A stretch of DNA of 64,000 bases from Rhynchobatus australiae (GCA_034780895.1 JAUZTB010000107.1:92795102-92859101); one strand, 5' to 3'. Positions 23,036-36,792 are shown, numbered from the stretch's first letter. Program-made: numbers and translations. Notes: generated from the letters alone by a model not told the origin.

Positions 23036-25499
23036 ACCGAAGCAGTTACAAGCCCACCTGACTAATGCCCAAGGGAAGCCTGAGCATCGACCACCACCAA
23101 GTTCCACACTATTGGCGTTAGGATTTTCTGGGGCCGTGAGTTGAATTTATTTTCCACGTTCATCTGTGAAGGATCCAAGTCTCTCCACTGATTCTATTAT
23201 GGAAAATGGAGGATAGCACCAGGAGTTGAGTATTCCTTCATCTCCCCTTTTGCTATCAATATAGCAACATAGCTCACAGGATATAATTCAATTAATAGAA
23301 AGCATTTGTTACATGGAGGAGTCTTTGCCAGTTTTCAGAACTTTGATATTAGTCACCAAAACCTCCTGAAACAACACCTTATTTGTCACACATCTATCAT
23401 TCATACCTCATCATAAGATATATCATACACATTTCATCCACAGGAAGGAATTGCTTGGAGCAAAGGGGGAGTTAGCACAATGCTCTTTGCATTCCACGTA
23501 ATCTTGCTGAGAAGTTGTTGTAATCTGAAAGAAATACCCCAGACCCTTTCTATGTGTTAAGGCAGTGAAGGACCCCTTTTGATTTATTTGTGTTTTGGCA
23601 TGACAGGGATGGTACCTGAATGGCAACACAGAAGAACCATTAATTTCCAGGAGGTCCTATGAACTCTGATGCTGCTGTCTGCCAATACTAATGAGCTTAG
23701 CTAAACAGCAAATCAGTAACCTATTTCATTGATCTGTGAACCCAATAGCTGGACATCTCACAATGGTCCAATTTGTTAACTAGGACTATAAGTGAATGGA
23801 ATTAAGAACTTTTTTTTTGCAAGGTCTTGTTGTCTTAACTACCACAAAACAACAGTGTTGATTCAGTCATCACCTATAGCTTCTATTCAAGATTTGGAAA
23901 AAAGTTGGTATCGTCTGCCTGGGTTGGCATTCTCTGCTTCTCCTGTCGGGCATGAGAAGTACTTTTTGGCTTAAAGATGTAGCCGTAGAAGAAGTTACAG
24001 CAGTTTGCCTTGAGCATGCCATGAAACCTTCAAAGCTGCTCTGTTCTTTATCTCATACAGCACTGTAGAACCTCACACGGCAGCCCACCCATATTCTAGA
24101 GTGATCCATTATACTCCAAACAGGCATGACCTTGGCATGAATATCCTCCTTGGCATGAATAAGCTCTTCATGGGCAAACCTCTCCTTTTCTCTGTAACCT
24201 CCTCCAGCCCAAATGCTCTTTCCCGCTGACCCATGTATCACTGAGTATATCCATGTTCATTCACCTTCATCTGGAAGCTGTGGCTTCAGTCTGTTCAAGC
24301 CCATATTATGGATGGTTGAGCAAAATGCAGTTAGGTTAATGGTTGCACAGTTATGGCCGGGCCATTGGGGCTGTTTGTGTGCTGTATGACTCTATAGGCC
24401 AAACATGTTAGGGAGATNNNNNNNNNNNNNNNNNNNNNNNNNNNNNNNNNNNNNNNNNNNNNNNNNGGTCATCCACTCTAATATTTCAATCCTTATCACA
24501 AAATCCCTTTTTGCATGATTGTACCTCAGAGAAACACAGTGGTACATTTTTGTATGCTAAAGATGCAATTATAATTAGTTGTTACTGTAATACTCCTTTG
24601 TATCTGGATCTCTGGTGGATGCTAGAAGTCTAACTCAGGTCAGCTACAACTGGCATCAATGAGGATTTATTGCACCCAACACTACGCAGTGCTAATTGGT
24701 ATTGAGAACCATTAAAAATCCATTAATTTACATTAATAATCTTTGGGCATTGAAATGACACCAAAATATTAGTGCTAATAAATAGTGTTCTCAGAGAATG
24801 TAATATGCAAAATAACATTAAAATTGCCAGCTGAGCCTATCAATGCTTTTTAACGTATTTCTCCACTTCTGTATCCCTATGAACATGGTTTATTACAGTG
24901 GGAAAATAAAACCTTCTTCATTTCCACATGATCTTTCTGATGAGCTGTCCCATGCAATGAAGTCATACAATGCTATCTGTCCATTAATATACATTTTATA
25001 ATGAGCAAAATCCTAAATGTCTGACAAAAAAAAGTCTCAACATCGGGAAAAAGAGCAGAAGAATCCTGTATTTGACAAAAATACTTTTCATTTGAAGTCA
25101 AACATTTAAGAATATAAACCTTGCAAAACAAAATGTTAAAAGTTGACACAAGATTTTCAAAATGTCATTTGAAAGAAACAAATGCTTTTTAAAGTTACAT
25201 TTTCTGGTTAGAAATACCATTTACAAAGCACTGTGCTCAAAACAACCTTGTCCTGATTTTCTTAAAACAAACAAAACCCATTTGCTCAGCCAAGCTGTTT
25301 AGTTATTTATCCTCTATCCATGTTATTGATAAGCATTTTTCTCTGGAAATTATTCTTCCCGAGCATCCTGTTCCTGATTGTCAGTCAGCACCTGTTACTT
25401 CACTCTGGACATGTACGGTTTTTGATCGGAATGCTTTGCCTTCTTTCCAACTTTTCTTTTCCCAAAAGTTTATCAGAGGAAACACTTGCACTCACAAGG

Positions 25500-25760
25500 A
25501 TGGCCTCCACACAGTGACAGATTAATCCACACTGAGTGCACTTCCTTCAGAGAGAGGACACTAATTATTAAGAAGGCACTTAGGACACAATGTGAGCTGA
25601 CATCTGACAGACTACTCTCTGCCAGCTTTGCATTGTCTTACTGTCAGACACTGTCAGTTCCCAGGCTTAATTACATCCTGTTTACAAACATTAGGGCTGG
25701 CTTCAGATGAGGCCTATCTGAAGGTTGTCAAAGGTCAGGGTCGTGTCGCAAGGATGATGT
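25500..25760. promoter_or_regulatory. Candidate developmental enhancer (dense TALE/homeobox/Fox/nuclear-receptor motifs)
   Basis: TGACAG/CTGTCA at 25515, 25605, 25641, 25651; TAATCC 25523; TAATTA 25562 and 25668; TGTTTAC 25679; AAAGGTCA 25730. No repeat similarity noticed. Motif evidence only. Confidence 0.45.
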
Positions 25761-26199
25761 TATCTGTCTGTAGCAACTAGTCCAAAAAATTAGGTAATGG
25801 TATTTGACCAATTTCTTTGAATCTCTTTACTTGACCAATCTCAATCAGCTCTGAGATAAAGTTAATGTCCCATAATCATTTATTGATTATGCAATAATTT
25901 ATTGATTATTGATTGAGCTATTGCAAACATATATTGATAATCAGTTTATATTATGACATTGAATTGTTATTTTTAAACAATTATTCTCAATTTATCTGTT
26001 TTGGAAAAGATAATTTATGACGTATTTCCAATTCAGGAATTAAGCATAGTGAGGGGCTTCTGTCCAGAAACTGGAATGTACCCATTTTTGATGCGCTAAA
26101 ACATTGTGTGTTTTAGTGCCAATATCCAATTGGGAGCTCACCCCCCACCCCCAAATTGCAAAACTGTCCAAAATCCAGATTTACACACAGAAGGAAGTA

Positions 26200-27010
26200 C
26201 TATATTGAGACAAGTGCAATTTCTCACCCAATTTCTTGGATCTCCTAACAATCAGAATGAGTACACAGCTTTGAGAGAAGATCATCAGTCTTTAAGAGAC
26301 ACTACACATGACAGGCACACAGCACCAGCACAGTCTTTGGCTGCCATGAAGGAGACTGAAGCTGCAGGGGAGAGGGAGATAGCTCCCACAATAACTCAAA
26401 GGGACATGCAAGTCTTGGTCAATGGGATCATACCAAGGAGTCCAGGAGGTCGACCAGTTCCATTACAGGAAGAACCTATCAGGTCTCCTCCAGGAATAAG
26501 AAGCCTCACAATGGCTAAGAAAAAAATCACAATCTCATAAGATACATCAATATGTTGAGCACACTACTCTTTACATGTGCAGTGTGGAAATCCTTAACGT
26601 TTTCAATTGGAGGTCAGAGTTCTTTAAGAGAGGTGCCACTCATCAGGAAATAGAAAGACATTATAGCAAACGATTAAAGTAATTGGAGTGGGATTCATTC
26701 AGTCACGTTACACTCTGGCGAACCTGTACAGCAGAACATGAGGGGAAATTATCCATTACCTGGCCTCTCCTGGCTGAGCATCAGTGTGCGATGTTAGTGT
26801 TAAGAAGGACTTGAGGGTCAAGAGGTTCAGTTGATATGCACTTCTGAGTTTTATTTTGCTGCCTAATTACTCCGCTAGGACCACTTATTTTCCATGAGCG
26901 TAATGGCTGCCTCCTCAGCTCATCAGGAAGATGGGGCTGTGGATGTTGAGCAGGTAATCTCTCAATGGTTTGTGTCATTAGAATGGATGCTGAGCTGAGT
27001 GAATGAGAAG
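26200..27010. mobile_element. Probable PIF/Harbinger relic: Myb/SANT-like piece (+) converging on transposase N-half piece (-)
   Basis: + ORF 26106-26540 has GEREIAPTITQRDMQVLVNG (cf. RERAPRF...LE.LV at the start of Harbinger Myb/SANT proteins). The minus strand near 26690-26800 resembles decayed TDAL...I.FP...GFPRVQG.ID. Highly degenerate. Confidence 0.45.
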
Positions 27011-29277
27011 GCTTCAGGTATCCTCAAGAGAAACAGTCTCTCGATATGCCAACAAACTTACATGTATTAAGATTCAAGAACTGAAATATTTTATTCTTAC
27101 AATCAGATATTTACAGAATTGCTAAAATCAGAGAAGTTTGCATCTCTGAAGGAGGCAATTTGTCCTGGCGTTTATAGACAAACTCTTTAACCACTCAGTT
27201 CCAGCCCCTTCCCTTGCACACGACCATGTATNNNNNNNNNNNNNNNNNNNNNNNNNNNNNNNNNNNNNNNNNNNNNNNNNNNNNNNNNNNNNNNNNNNNN
27301 NNNNNNNNNNNNNNNNNNNNNNNNNNNNNNNNNNNNNNNNNNNNNNNNNNNNNNNNNNNNNNNNNNNNNNNNNNNNNNNNNNNNNNNNNNNNNNNNNNNN
27401 NNNNNNNNNNNNNNNNNNNNNNNNNNNNNNNNNNNNNNNNNNNNNNNNNNNNNNNNNNNNNNNNNNNNNNNNNNNNNNNNNNNNNNNNNNNNNNNNNNNN
27501 NNNNNNNNGAACAATGTTTGCATCACTTGTCTGTTTCTGTTGGAACTATGTCTGGTTCCAACTCTTGTTTGAACATTTCTCACTGTTGGCCCACTGTTGT
27601 ATCTGCCAAGTTTTCCTTCTGACTAATCTGAGCTTGCTCCCTTTGCACTGCATTGAAACTGTTGTATTTCTAATCAAAGACATTGACATTTTACTGCTTC
27701 AACGTGTTTAAAATTATTAGTCACATTTAAAGTCACTAAATGATTGCTCTGAATGTATACTTCTTGCAGCAAGTCTTCATTAAACTGCAGCATCGATGAG
27801 AAATAAATATTCCCCCATAGTGACACTATGAGGTTATGTTGTAAATCCCAAGTCTATAGCAATGAATGAAGGCTCTCTGGAGAAGGCAATCTCATGTTAG
27901 GCTCTATTATCAGAACAGGGCTTGACTTCAAATTCACTCTGCAGTTTGTTACCATCAATGAAATCATGTTGCAACTTTGACAACTCTTCGGTAATATAAA
28001 TGGAGCCATGCTAAATGTTCTTTTAATTCACTGATCTGATTCTGACCACAAAGGTGCCTTTTTTGACCCCAGTTGAAAAGGAATTACTTGTTAAGATTAA
28101 TAATTCCAGAAGTAAAAGAAGTTATTCTTGGAGTAACTATTAGCTTAACTTAAAGTTATATAATCAAAATCAGGGTCACACAATATGAAACTCATATAGC
28201 CTGTTTGTGTCAGTGAAATAAATTGCTGGGTTGAGCAATGCTTCATCCAGCAATTTTGAAGGAAAGATATATAGTACATCCTTCTTACAGACAGATCAGT
28301 TAACTCTGATGCAACACTCACAACGAGCCCCAATTAAGTGTTCTTATCCAACATTCCAAACAGAGATTACAAACAATGACCTCAAGCTAAGCATATGCTA
28401 AGAAATTAAATAAAAACATTTGTCATTTACAAGAATATATGGCAATAGGAGTCTCATGACAATTATTTGTTATGATGTTTGGTAACTACATGACTTTATG
28501 TGGAAGAAAGAGGTTTAATGATTCAGAATAGCTTTACAAAGACAGAAACAGAATAAGATAGGTTCCACATGCAGTGAAGATTTAAGCCAGTTTCCCCTCT
28601 ATTTTCATGTTGGTAAGTGGTTCCTGATTAATTGTTTAGCACCTCGTTATTAGTTGCCAGAGGTTAACTGGCCTAAATTGCCTGCTTAACTCTCCTTTAA
28701 ATTGTTCTAAACTGCCAGGATCTCTGTTGAGGAAAGCTTTGATTAATTTGCATTTGGCTTCCCAGTATATTGTTGAGTATTTCTATTTACCCAGTACACC
28801 CTATCTCCTCCACCTTCCTCCAGTTCATCAGCTTGCCTTTGCATGTGGCATGTATATGATTTGTACAACACAACAACCAGGGCTTCAGCACAGAAATTAG
28901 CTTCATGTTAAGGTGCAGGTGGGGGAAGAGTTGGGCAGAACATTAGTGTTGTTGCATGGTCCAGAAATCTAGAAAAATGAGCTCCAGAATGGGAAGCCTG
29001 CTTCACAAAGCCACAGCCTATGAGACTGGATGGATGTGCTAGAGAGTGAGAAAAATCATAATTATTTGTGGTGGTGATTGGGAAGTAGAGATGGAGTGGA
29101 GGAAGGGGTTATTAATTGGATTTTGGGGGGGGGGTGCCCTGAAGGAAGCAACCCTGTTCTTCATGGTTGTCAATCAGCATTGTAAAGGAAGTTATCTCAC
29201 CAGTTCAGCTCTTCCTCTTGCCTTTTTAATTGTTGGATTTCTGAGATGCCTGTGGTAAAAATCATGCTCAATGAGGC

Positions 29278-29370
29278 AATATAAATCTGCTGGAGGAAGT
29301 CAGTGGGTCAAGCAACATGTGTGGGAGAGGAATTATTGATGTTTCAGGTCGAAACCTTGCATCAGTCCTC
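29278..29370. mobile_element. Penelope-type terminal repeat remnant with hammerhead-like core
   Basis: AATCTGCTGGAGGAAGTCAGTGGGTCAAGCAACAT matches the arm at 47462-47495; minus strand 29340-29365 reads CTGATGCAAGGTTTCGACCTGAAACA. Confidence 0.7.
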
Positions 29371-29394
29371 TAATGTGTCCTCATGCTAGATGAA

Positions 29395-29630
29395 ATTGAG
29401 CTTGTATGTTCTCCCCGTGAGTCTGCGTGGGTTTTCTCCAGGTGCCCCAGTTTCCTCCCACATTCCAAAGACGTACGGGTTAAGTTAGGAAGTTATGGGC
29501 ATGCTATGTTGGTGCCAAAAGCATAGTGACACTTGCGGGCTGCCCCCAGAACACTCTACACAAATGATGCATTTCACTCTGTGTTTTGATGTACATTTGA
29601 CTAATAAAGATGTCCGATCTGATCTGAATT
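29395..29630 (+). mobile_element. V-domain SINE, 5'-truncated
   Basis: GTTCTCCCCGTGAGTCTGCGTGGGTTTTCTCCAGGTGCCCCAGTTTCCTCCCACATTCCAAAGAC; reverse complement of 46551-46840; tail GACTAATAAAGAT. Confidence 0.9.
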
Positions 29631-30034
29631 GGGCAGTCTCGTTATAATATTTAAGTGACCAACCCACCTTCCCTCAAGCGGATTGGTTGTCCTACCTCCA
29701 CGAAAACTTGAAATGGGTAGAAAGGTTCCTGACCAGTTCTTTCTGGAAATTAACATTCAAAACAAACCCAAACCATCTGCTGGTGGCATCATTTTGATAC
29801 TGGAAAATTATCAGGTAAGCTATCACGAGTGGCTCATGAACATGCTCAGACTAATTTCACATCTGGTGCCATTTCACTTAGAAATGATCCCTAGCACAGA
29901 CTACTGCAGGCAAAGTCAAAACATGTAGAATTCTTTCTGTCACTGGTTTATGTATAAAACTGTGGAATTAGATTATGATTTTGGTTCCAGCTTTCCTAAA
30001 ACATTCAGTTCCAAATCATTAGAATCAATTATTA

Positions 30035-30360
30035 TTTTTACAGAATATGGGCATCTCTGTAGAAGCCAGACTTAATTATCCATCCCTCAGTGTCCTTGGG
30101 AATGCGAATGGTGAGCTGTCTTCTTGAACTACTCGTGGTGAACTTACTTCTGCACTGCTGTTGAGTTGGGGCTTCCAGTATTTGGAATCAGATGTGCTGA
30201 AGGGAAGTTGATTATATTGTCAAGTCAAGGAAGGCCTGTGATAAGGGAAATGGAGGAAATGGCAAGTGGTATTCCCAGCTGCCCTTGTTCTTCCAGGGAA
30301 TAAAGATTACAAGTTGGGAAGCGCCATCAAAAAAATAATAGGAATGAGTGCAACTAGCAA
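30035..30360 (-). mobile_element. CR1-like LINE 3' fragment (second family)
   Basis: GAATATGGGCATCTCTG...TTATCCATCCCT...GGTGAGCTGTCTTCTTGAAC...CAAGTCAAGGA...GCTGCCCTTGTTCTTC; colinear with 38315-38745 and 56235-56440. Confidence 0.65.
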
Positions 30361-33300
30361 GTGGTTCTCTCACATGCATCTAAAGCTACAGACCAAAGAA
30401 AAATCTTTATCCATTCCCTCATCTTCTGGAGCAATGCACAATTGTACTGCAATCTGCCAAATTGAATTGTGACTGGCTCTGAGCTAAGAAAAGAGATCAA
30501 ATTAAAATAAATTAAACTAGTCTTCCATTTTAGAATCTCAGAAATGAAAGCATTTCTTGATTTTGTCTGTAACTCTTTATTGTGGTTACCCAGCTCTTAG
30601 GGCAAGTCAAGAATGATTAGATTGACAAATTAGCCCAGATAAAGGCCACTTCCAGTTGAAGTGTTGATTAAATCAAATTAGCAGTACAGACACTTTATAG
30701 CTAAGCACAGTTATAACTCACACGTTAAATATGTTAATATTGGATTGTCAGGTCACCTGCTCACTGCTTGACTGGTTGCCATCTCATTGGCATCTTTTAC
30801 AGGCAGTGAACAAACCTGGGTTTCAGTTACTATGCTTAACCGATGTCAAAACTTTAGGTTGGTTCCCTAGGTGACATGAAACTTGCATTGTTTTAAAATA
30901 CACAAAATGCAATATAATTGAGATGGATATCATCGAAGTTTGGATAATTTTAAGAAGCTGGGGTGGGGCTGGTAGCAATGATTTGGGTGATTTTGTATAT
31001 TGGTCAGTGTTGGATCAATTACATCATGTCTCTCTTCTGATTCTCATTTCCAAGTACACACTACAACCTCTTGCTTTCATGTAGAAATGTTGTATTATGT
31101 AAAAAAGCCCTGAATGGCAACATAATTTACTTCTTATATTCTTCAAGTCAGCAGACAAGTACAAATATGACATTCTGTCTCGTGGGTTCACTCTTGAAAG
31201 AAAAAAAATTATTGTCCTGGTGCAATAAAGCTGACCATCAAGGTATCATTGATGTGGTTGGCACAGTGGTTGTCTCACAAGAGTTGCCCAGAATAAGACT
31301 GAGCCATAAGGATTCAGAGCTATGGCGATGTTCACTGTGGCTATTATTTAAATGGTTCTGATGATCATCACAGTGTGGAAGTGTCCACCCTATCATCAGC
31401 CTCCTTGACTACAGCTTTTCAGTTGCTGCCAAGTAGTTCTGGCTTATCCAGAAGGGACCTGACCATCTTTGCCTCACTAGTAATTGGGTTTCTTTTAGTG
31501 TTAATTTTTCTCCAAGTCCAGGTGTTGTGCTGGTGCATATTGAGCCCCTATTCTATACTTCTCACTAAAGCTTGTTCTTCCTCTCCTCTCTTGTTGATTT
31601 GGTCTGATTATTGCAATGCAGCCTGCCATATCATTATAATACTGCCATCTCAAGTGCACGTCACGTGTCAAGCAATAGTTTTTAATAGCATTAAAATTCT
31701 AAACAGGTCTAGCAAAATGATTCAGTGATTTAACTCCAAATGGTCATGTTTGGGGAAAGTCGATGTGTAGTGAAACCAAGTAAAATGTGAATGCAGCATG
31801 CTTGAAATAATTTGCTTTTGGTGCATTAATAGAAGCACTGGTGGTAAAGTTGCAAGCAGATGCCATAAATATTGCAATATTCTTTTATCAATGAGTGGCA
31901 TTAGAATCCAGCTGTCATGAATAGTTGTTAAATGCCTCTGACTATCAGAGATATTTAACAGCAATTTGAAAGCCTATGACCACTGTATTTCTAGGGAAGG
32001 AGCCTCAGTGGTAAATGTTTCAGGCCTAGTTGTCTCGTGGAGCATGCTCCATTCTCCCTCCTTTATTGGTGGCATACTGGTACCACATAAAACCGAATGG
32101 TAACATCCACAGGAAAGGTTACTTTAGTCTACAAGTGATAGCAGAATGACAACTAATTAGGATCTCCTAATATTTCCATCCAAAACTAATAAAAAGCATG
32201 CATCATGAGAAAGGAAAGTCCAGATACTCATTTCAAAGAATAACACATGACTGTTTGTTCAGGAATAATGATAATCATTGGTGTTTTTGCAGACAGACTG
32301 GTAAAACATTCAGTTCAAACTGCTCTAATCATCCCAGCCAGTAATGTTTTCAAAAATGCACCATCAAGTCTGTTCAAATTTTTGAGATTTTTTTTCAGCT
32401 TTAAGTGAACTGAGACTTTAAAGAACGATTGCCCAGAAACAATATTACGATACCAGATGTTGGTAAACATGAACCTTGCCTGTGTTTAAAAAAGAAAGCA
32501 AAAGTTTACTGACAAAATCAAATGTAGTTGTTTTTTTTTCTTCTGCCACAGGACAAACCATAGCTGAGGCCAGTATAATAATTTGAAACAAGATCTTTTA
32601 CAACAAAGCATTCCCAGTTGTTTCAACGAACTTGGCCTGGAAATTCTCTGACACAATGTCAACAGCCGTTTTGAAATGGGCGCAGTTACAATATGATGGA
32701 GTGTGGGCCAGACTTTGTCCTGGTAACCCTACTCTAGATATTTTAGCAGCAGAATCAGCATGATGGACTACAAGATGATTTGAAACCGTAAAAGGAGAAA
32801 AATAATCTGTGTGGGGAAAAGGGCCAGTGAGTCATTGGCTGTTTCATTACCATTTTCTCCCTGTATAAACATAGAAAAAAACATATTCTAAGATATATGT
32901 TATCTTTACATTCCTCCAGAAGGAATGTTCCACTCTGGACTTGCTTTTGTTTTGAAGACTGACATTGCCTCCATTTTTTTCTGTAGNNNNNNNNNNGTTT
33001 TCCTTTCTCTTGCTCAACCCGCCAGAAATTATTCAACGGTAAAATCAACCTCCTTCCACTAATGACCTTACCCCAACCCTCACCATCCCATAGATGGACT
33101 GGAATAAGTTAGGCCAATGTGCCAGGCTGGGTCACATTGCATCAGCCTACTAACTGGATTGGCTACCTGCAGTACTCACTTACTGGCCCTTAGCTTTTAT
33201 AGTGGCAGAGAACTGAATATGTTGACTCTCTGCACTAACAGGTGTTGTATCACTGAGGATCCTTCATAGAAAGTTGCCGTCTTCTGAATAGTTTGCAAAT

Positions 33301-33759
33301 GTCTCTGACAGTGAGAGCCATTTTACAGCTATTCAATTAGATTTATTTAAAATCTTAGCTTAAAAACTAAAGTACTAATAAATAATTTAGAAAGTAAAGT
33401 AAAATTAATGAAATAGATTACAAACACTACCTGTGTATATTATTTTCCACAGGGTTGGTGACTTCATTCATATAAATGGCTACAGTTAATTGAAAGATGA
33501 CAGACATCTCAAGTAGTTATAACAAGCTTGTGATGCATTTTTAAAGACATTCATGGCTTAGATGTGAGCTAACCCAGCCCTGGAGTAAAGTTGAAGAATC
33601 AAATGTAAAGTGTATCTAACCCCACTCTCCAACACAAGTGTTTTGTTGCACAGTGAGCCTTGAGGTGGAGTAAGAGGATAGAATCACTGGCATCTGATCT
33701 CAATTTCATTTCAGGCTAAACAGACACGTAATAAGCCCCGTCTGTCAGTCAGGATTCAG

Positions 33760-33960
33760 TTCATTATCTCTTTCCTTCCACCCAATCACCAATCTTCCTT
33801 TTTCTTCTGCCCACCCCATTTCTCTGCATCCCATAACTTGTCTTATCTCTAACAATTGTCAGACCTGAAACATTAACTGTTTCTCTCTCCACAGATGCTG
33901 CCTGACCTGTGCAGTATTTACTGAATCCAATCTCCAGCATCAGCAGTATCTTCCTTTTGT
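33760..33960. mobile_element. Penelope-type terminal repeat remnant
   Basis: Pyrimidine-rich tract, then GACCTGAAACATTAACTGTTTCTCTCTCCACAGATGCTGCCTGACCTG...TCCAGCATCAGCAGT. Confidence 0.75.
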
Positions 33961-36624
33961 AGAATCTACAACCATCTCCAAGTTCCACACAGATTATTTG
34001 CTCCAAAAAGCTTTACATGTGAAAAATATTTCTCATCTTAAAATAGTGTCCAAATCAATGACAGATAGGCAATCAGCAGACTCTATTAAAAGCAATGATA
34101 TTCATCATTGGTTATCCGCTATAAATATCCTCTCTATTATCTCTTAACTTTATAAATGTGGGCAATAATTACAATCTAATCACATAGTTGGGTAAAATGC
34201 ATGCATGGATAAAGTCTCATCAGTGATTTACTATGTTATTAATTTTTATCGAAGATCTTTTGCTAGGCAAAAGTACCACTTGTGGTTAATTATTATTTTT
34301 AAGGATAAATTTGATTAGCTGCATTGGAAGAACTAATGTCTGGTGAAAGACTACAGCTTTATCAAGAGTCTCACATTGCTTCATAAAAGTATAACTCGGT
34401 AAATAAGAATATGAAAAACAGGAATAGCCAAGACAGCTAAATGGATAGTAATTAGAGATATTTTTTCTTGGACTTAATATTTTTGTGATACCAAAGAATA
34501 ATAAATCAGTGGTGCAATGTTTAAACAGAATTGTTCAGCTCTTTTTCTATGCAGTGTATTTTAATGTTAAAAGGAAACAATCATAACAGGGCAGATACAT
34601 TGCAGACGTACAACCACTCTGCCTGGCAATTTACAGACTGCAAAATAGTTGATACCTTCAACATTGACCCTCTACCATTTCCTATCGGCCTGCCCCACTG
34701 AAATTATTACAATCAAGCACAGCTTGGGTTATGACCAATGGATGTACCATTGCACAGCAACAGTTTTGTAATATCAAAGTTCCATTATTACTTGCTTAGT
34801 CTGTGATTTCTTTTATTTGGTGTTAAGTGCTGCCACTTCACAGCCCATGTGTCTCTCACAATATCTTTTGGAGCACAGATGATTTCTGCATTTCCACCGA
34901 CAGATAAGTTGTTGTTTGCTCAGCAACCAAGGGCCTGAAAAAGTGACATATTTATGATGTGCAATGCACAGTGCTTGTACTCACATGAGGTGCTAAAACA
35001 TGAATAACACTCACAGCTTATGTGATTGCATCCACATAAAGCATTCAATTGGTCATTGTATAATTCCTCATCAGGAACATTCAGTACAAGAAATGGCTTT
35101 CTGTACTGCACTCAGACTAATCGAAATTCCTCTTGCCACTTTTTCGTCTCTCTGTCCAGCAGTTTCCTATACCATTGAAATGTGCGTTTCATGTTTTGTT
35201 CCCACAATCTATGCTTGCCAGTCCACTCTACCCCTCTCCTTTTTCACTCACTAGCAAGAGGTCATGATACTAAGTACTTACAAAAGATGCAAAACATTTT
35301 ATGAACTGAATGTGAACATTTTAGTAACTAGAAAACCTCTGTCGTCATCATTTTCATGCCAGCATCTAAACAAGTGCCACACTCCAATTTCATACAATGC
35401 TAACACAGTAAATGCAACCAGAGTATCACAAGGTTAACAAGAAAAAGGTGATTTGTATTCAAGGTCAAAGTTGCAGGAGCAAAGAGCATTTTTTGAATGT
35501 TGGTGTTTCTGTTACTTTAGTGGTTGTTTAGAGTTTTTGTTGCAATACAAAATTCAGCATGGTCAGTTACTCAACTTGTGTTACGATACTTGGGGAAAAC
35601 CAATTTTAACACCCACACTGAGCAATAATTAACAAATATATCCCTTTGTCCAAAATAGAGATTTAATCTCAAAATCTAAATTTCACTGCAGCTCATATGG
35701 GGGAATAAAATCAGCTGCATCTGTATGATTTGGGAGGGGAAGACATATAAGGTTATTCAGTATGACTGGATTGTGGCAGTAGGAAAGCCCTGGTGTTAGG
35801 GACGGAATGAATGGATTTTTAAATGATTGCCATTGCCAGCAGTTAAGGGACCACTGGATTGTGTACCCTGTTTTGACTAGGGAACAACTGAGCTTTATTT
35901 TAATTAGACTGAGAATCTGTTCAGTAAAGGCAAGAGCCAAACCTGAAGACATACATGAAAATCCACCTAAATTTTACCTGACCTAATTACTTTGGCTCAG
36001 TAGTTTTTATCATTCAACTTAAAAATTGACATTTGAAGCCCATTCAGATCAACATGACCTGCAAAACCAAAACTTTGGAAAACTCCAGTTGATTCATTTG
36101 TACTTGATGAATGCTTATCTTTTTGAAGCAGTTTCTCTCTTTGTTCTCCCTGCAGTTCATTCTTATTAATTCTGCTGTTCTTTTGCCTTCCAAAAATAGC
36201 TCAGATGGACCAGTAATCTGAATTAAGCAATTGGATTTAAAAGGCAGTGTAGCCTTTTAAACACACTATGAATATAATTTAAATTAAGTAATTTTGAATG
36301 AACAGGAGAATGTACAACAAGCCCTTTCCCATCTCCCTTGAGAGATCCTGTTATTTTATTACATAACCTCATTTCTGAATCTACTGTCTCTTAATGATGC
36401 TGCTGACAGCCTGGGTTTGGAATGATAATGTTTTACATTTTGTTGGAAAAAACTTCAGATGTGACAATGGATAAAATGTTTTACTACCAAGATAAAAATA
36501 AAGAACATTTTATTTAACCTTTTTAAATTATCTTTTGCTTTTGTGAATAAATATGAGCTATATTAGTCTGAAATTCATGGCCCTGTATTTATGTTTTTTT
36601 GGTTTACTTTAAAGAAAATTGGAA

Positions 36625-36792
36625 AATTGGTTTATTTTGTCATACGTACCAAGGTACAGTGAAAAATTTTGTTTTGCATGCCATCCATACAGATGATTTC
36701 ATTACATCAGCGCATCGAGGTAGTACAAAGGAAAACAATAACAGAATGCAGAATAAAGTGTTACAGTTACAGAGAAAGTGCAGTGCAGGCAA
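36625..36792 (-). mobile_element. LINE 3' UTR fragment (Rex1/Babar-like tail)
   Basis: ATTGGTTTATTTTGTCATACGTACCAAGGTACAGTGAAAAA...CAGAATGCAGAATAAAGTGTTACAG; recalled batoid repeat tail with AATAAA on the minus strand. Confidence 0.6.

Noticed and set aside
23480-23790. LF-SINE-like ancient SINE (also about 33060-33280)
   Set aside because: Only vague resemblance from memory; cannot be supported without a profile search.
24125-24165. Repeated CCTTGGCATGAATA as a regulatory array
   Set aside because: Two copies plus a partial one; consistent with a local slippage duplication.
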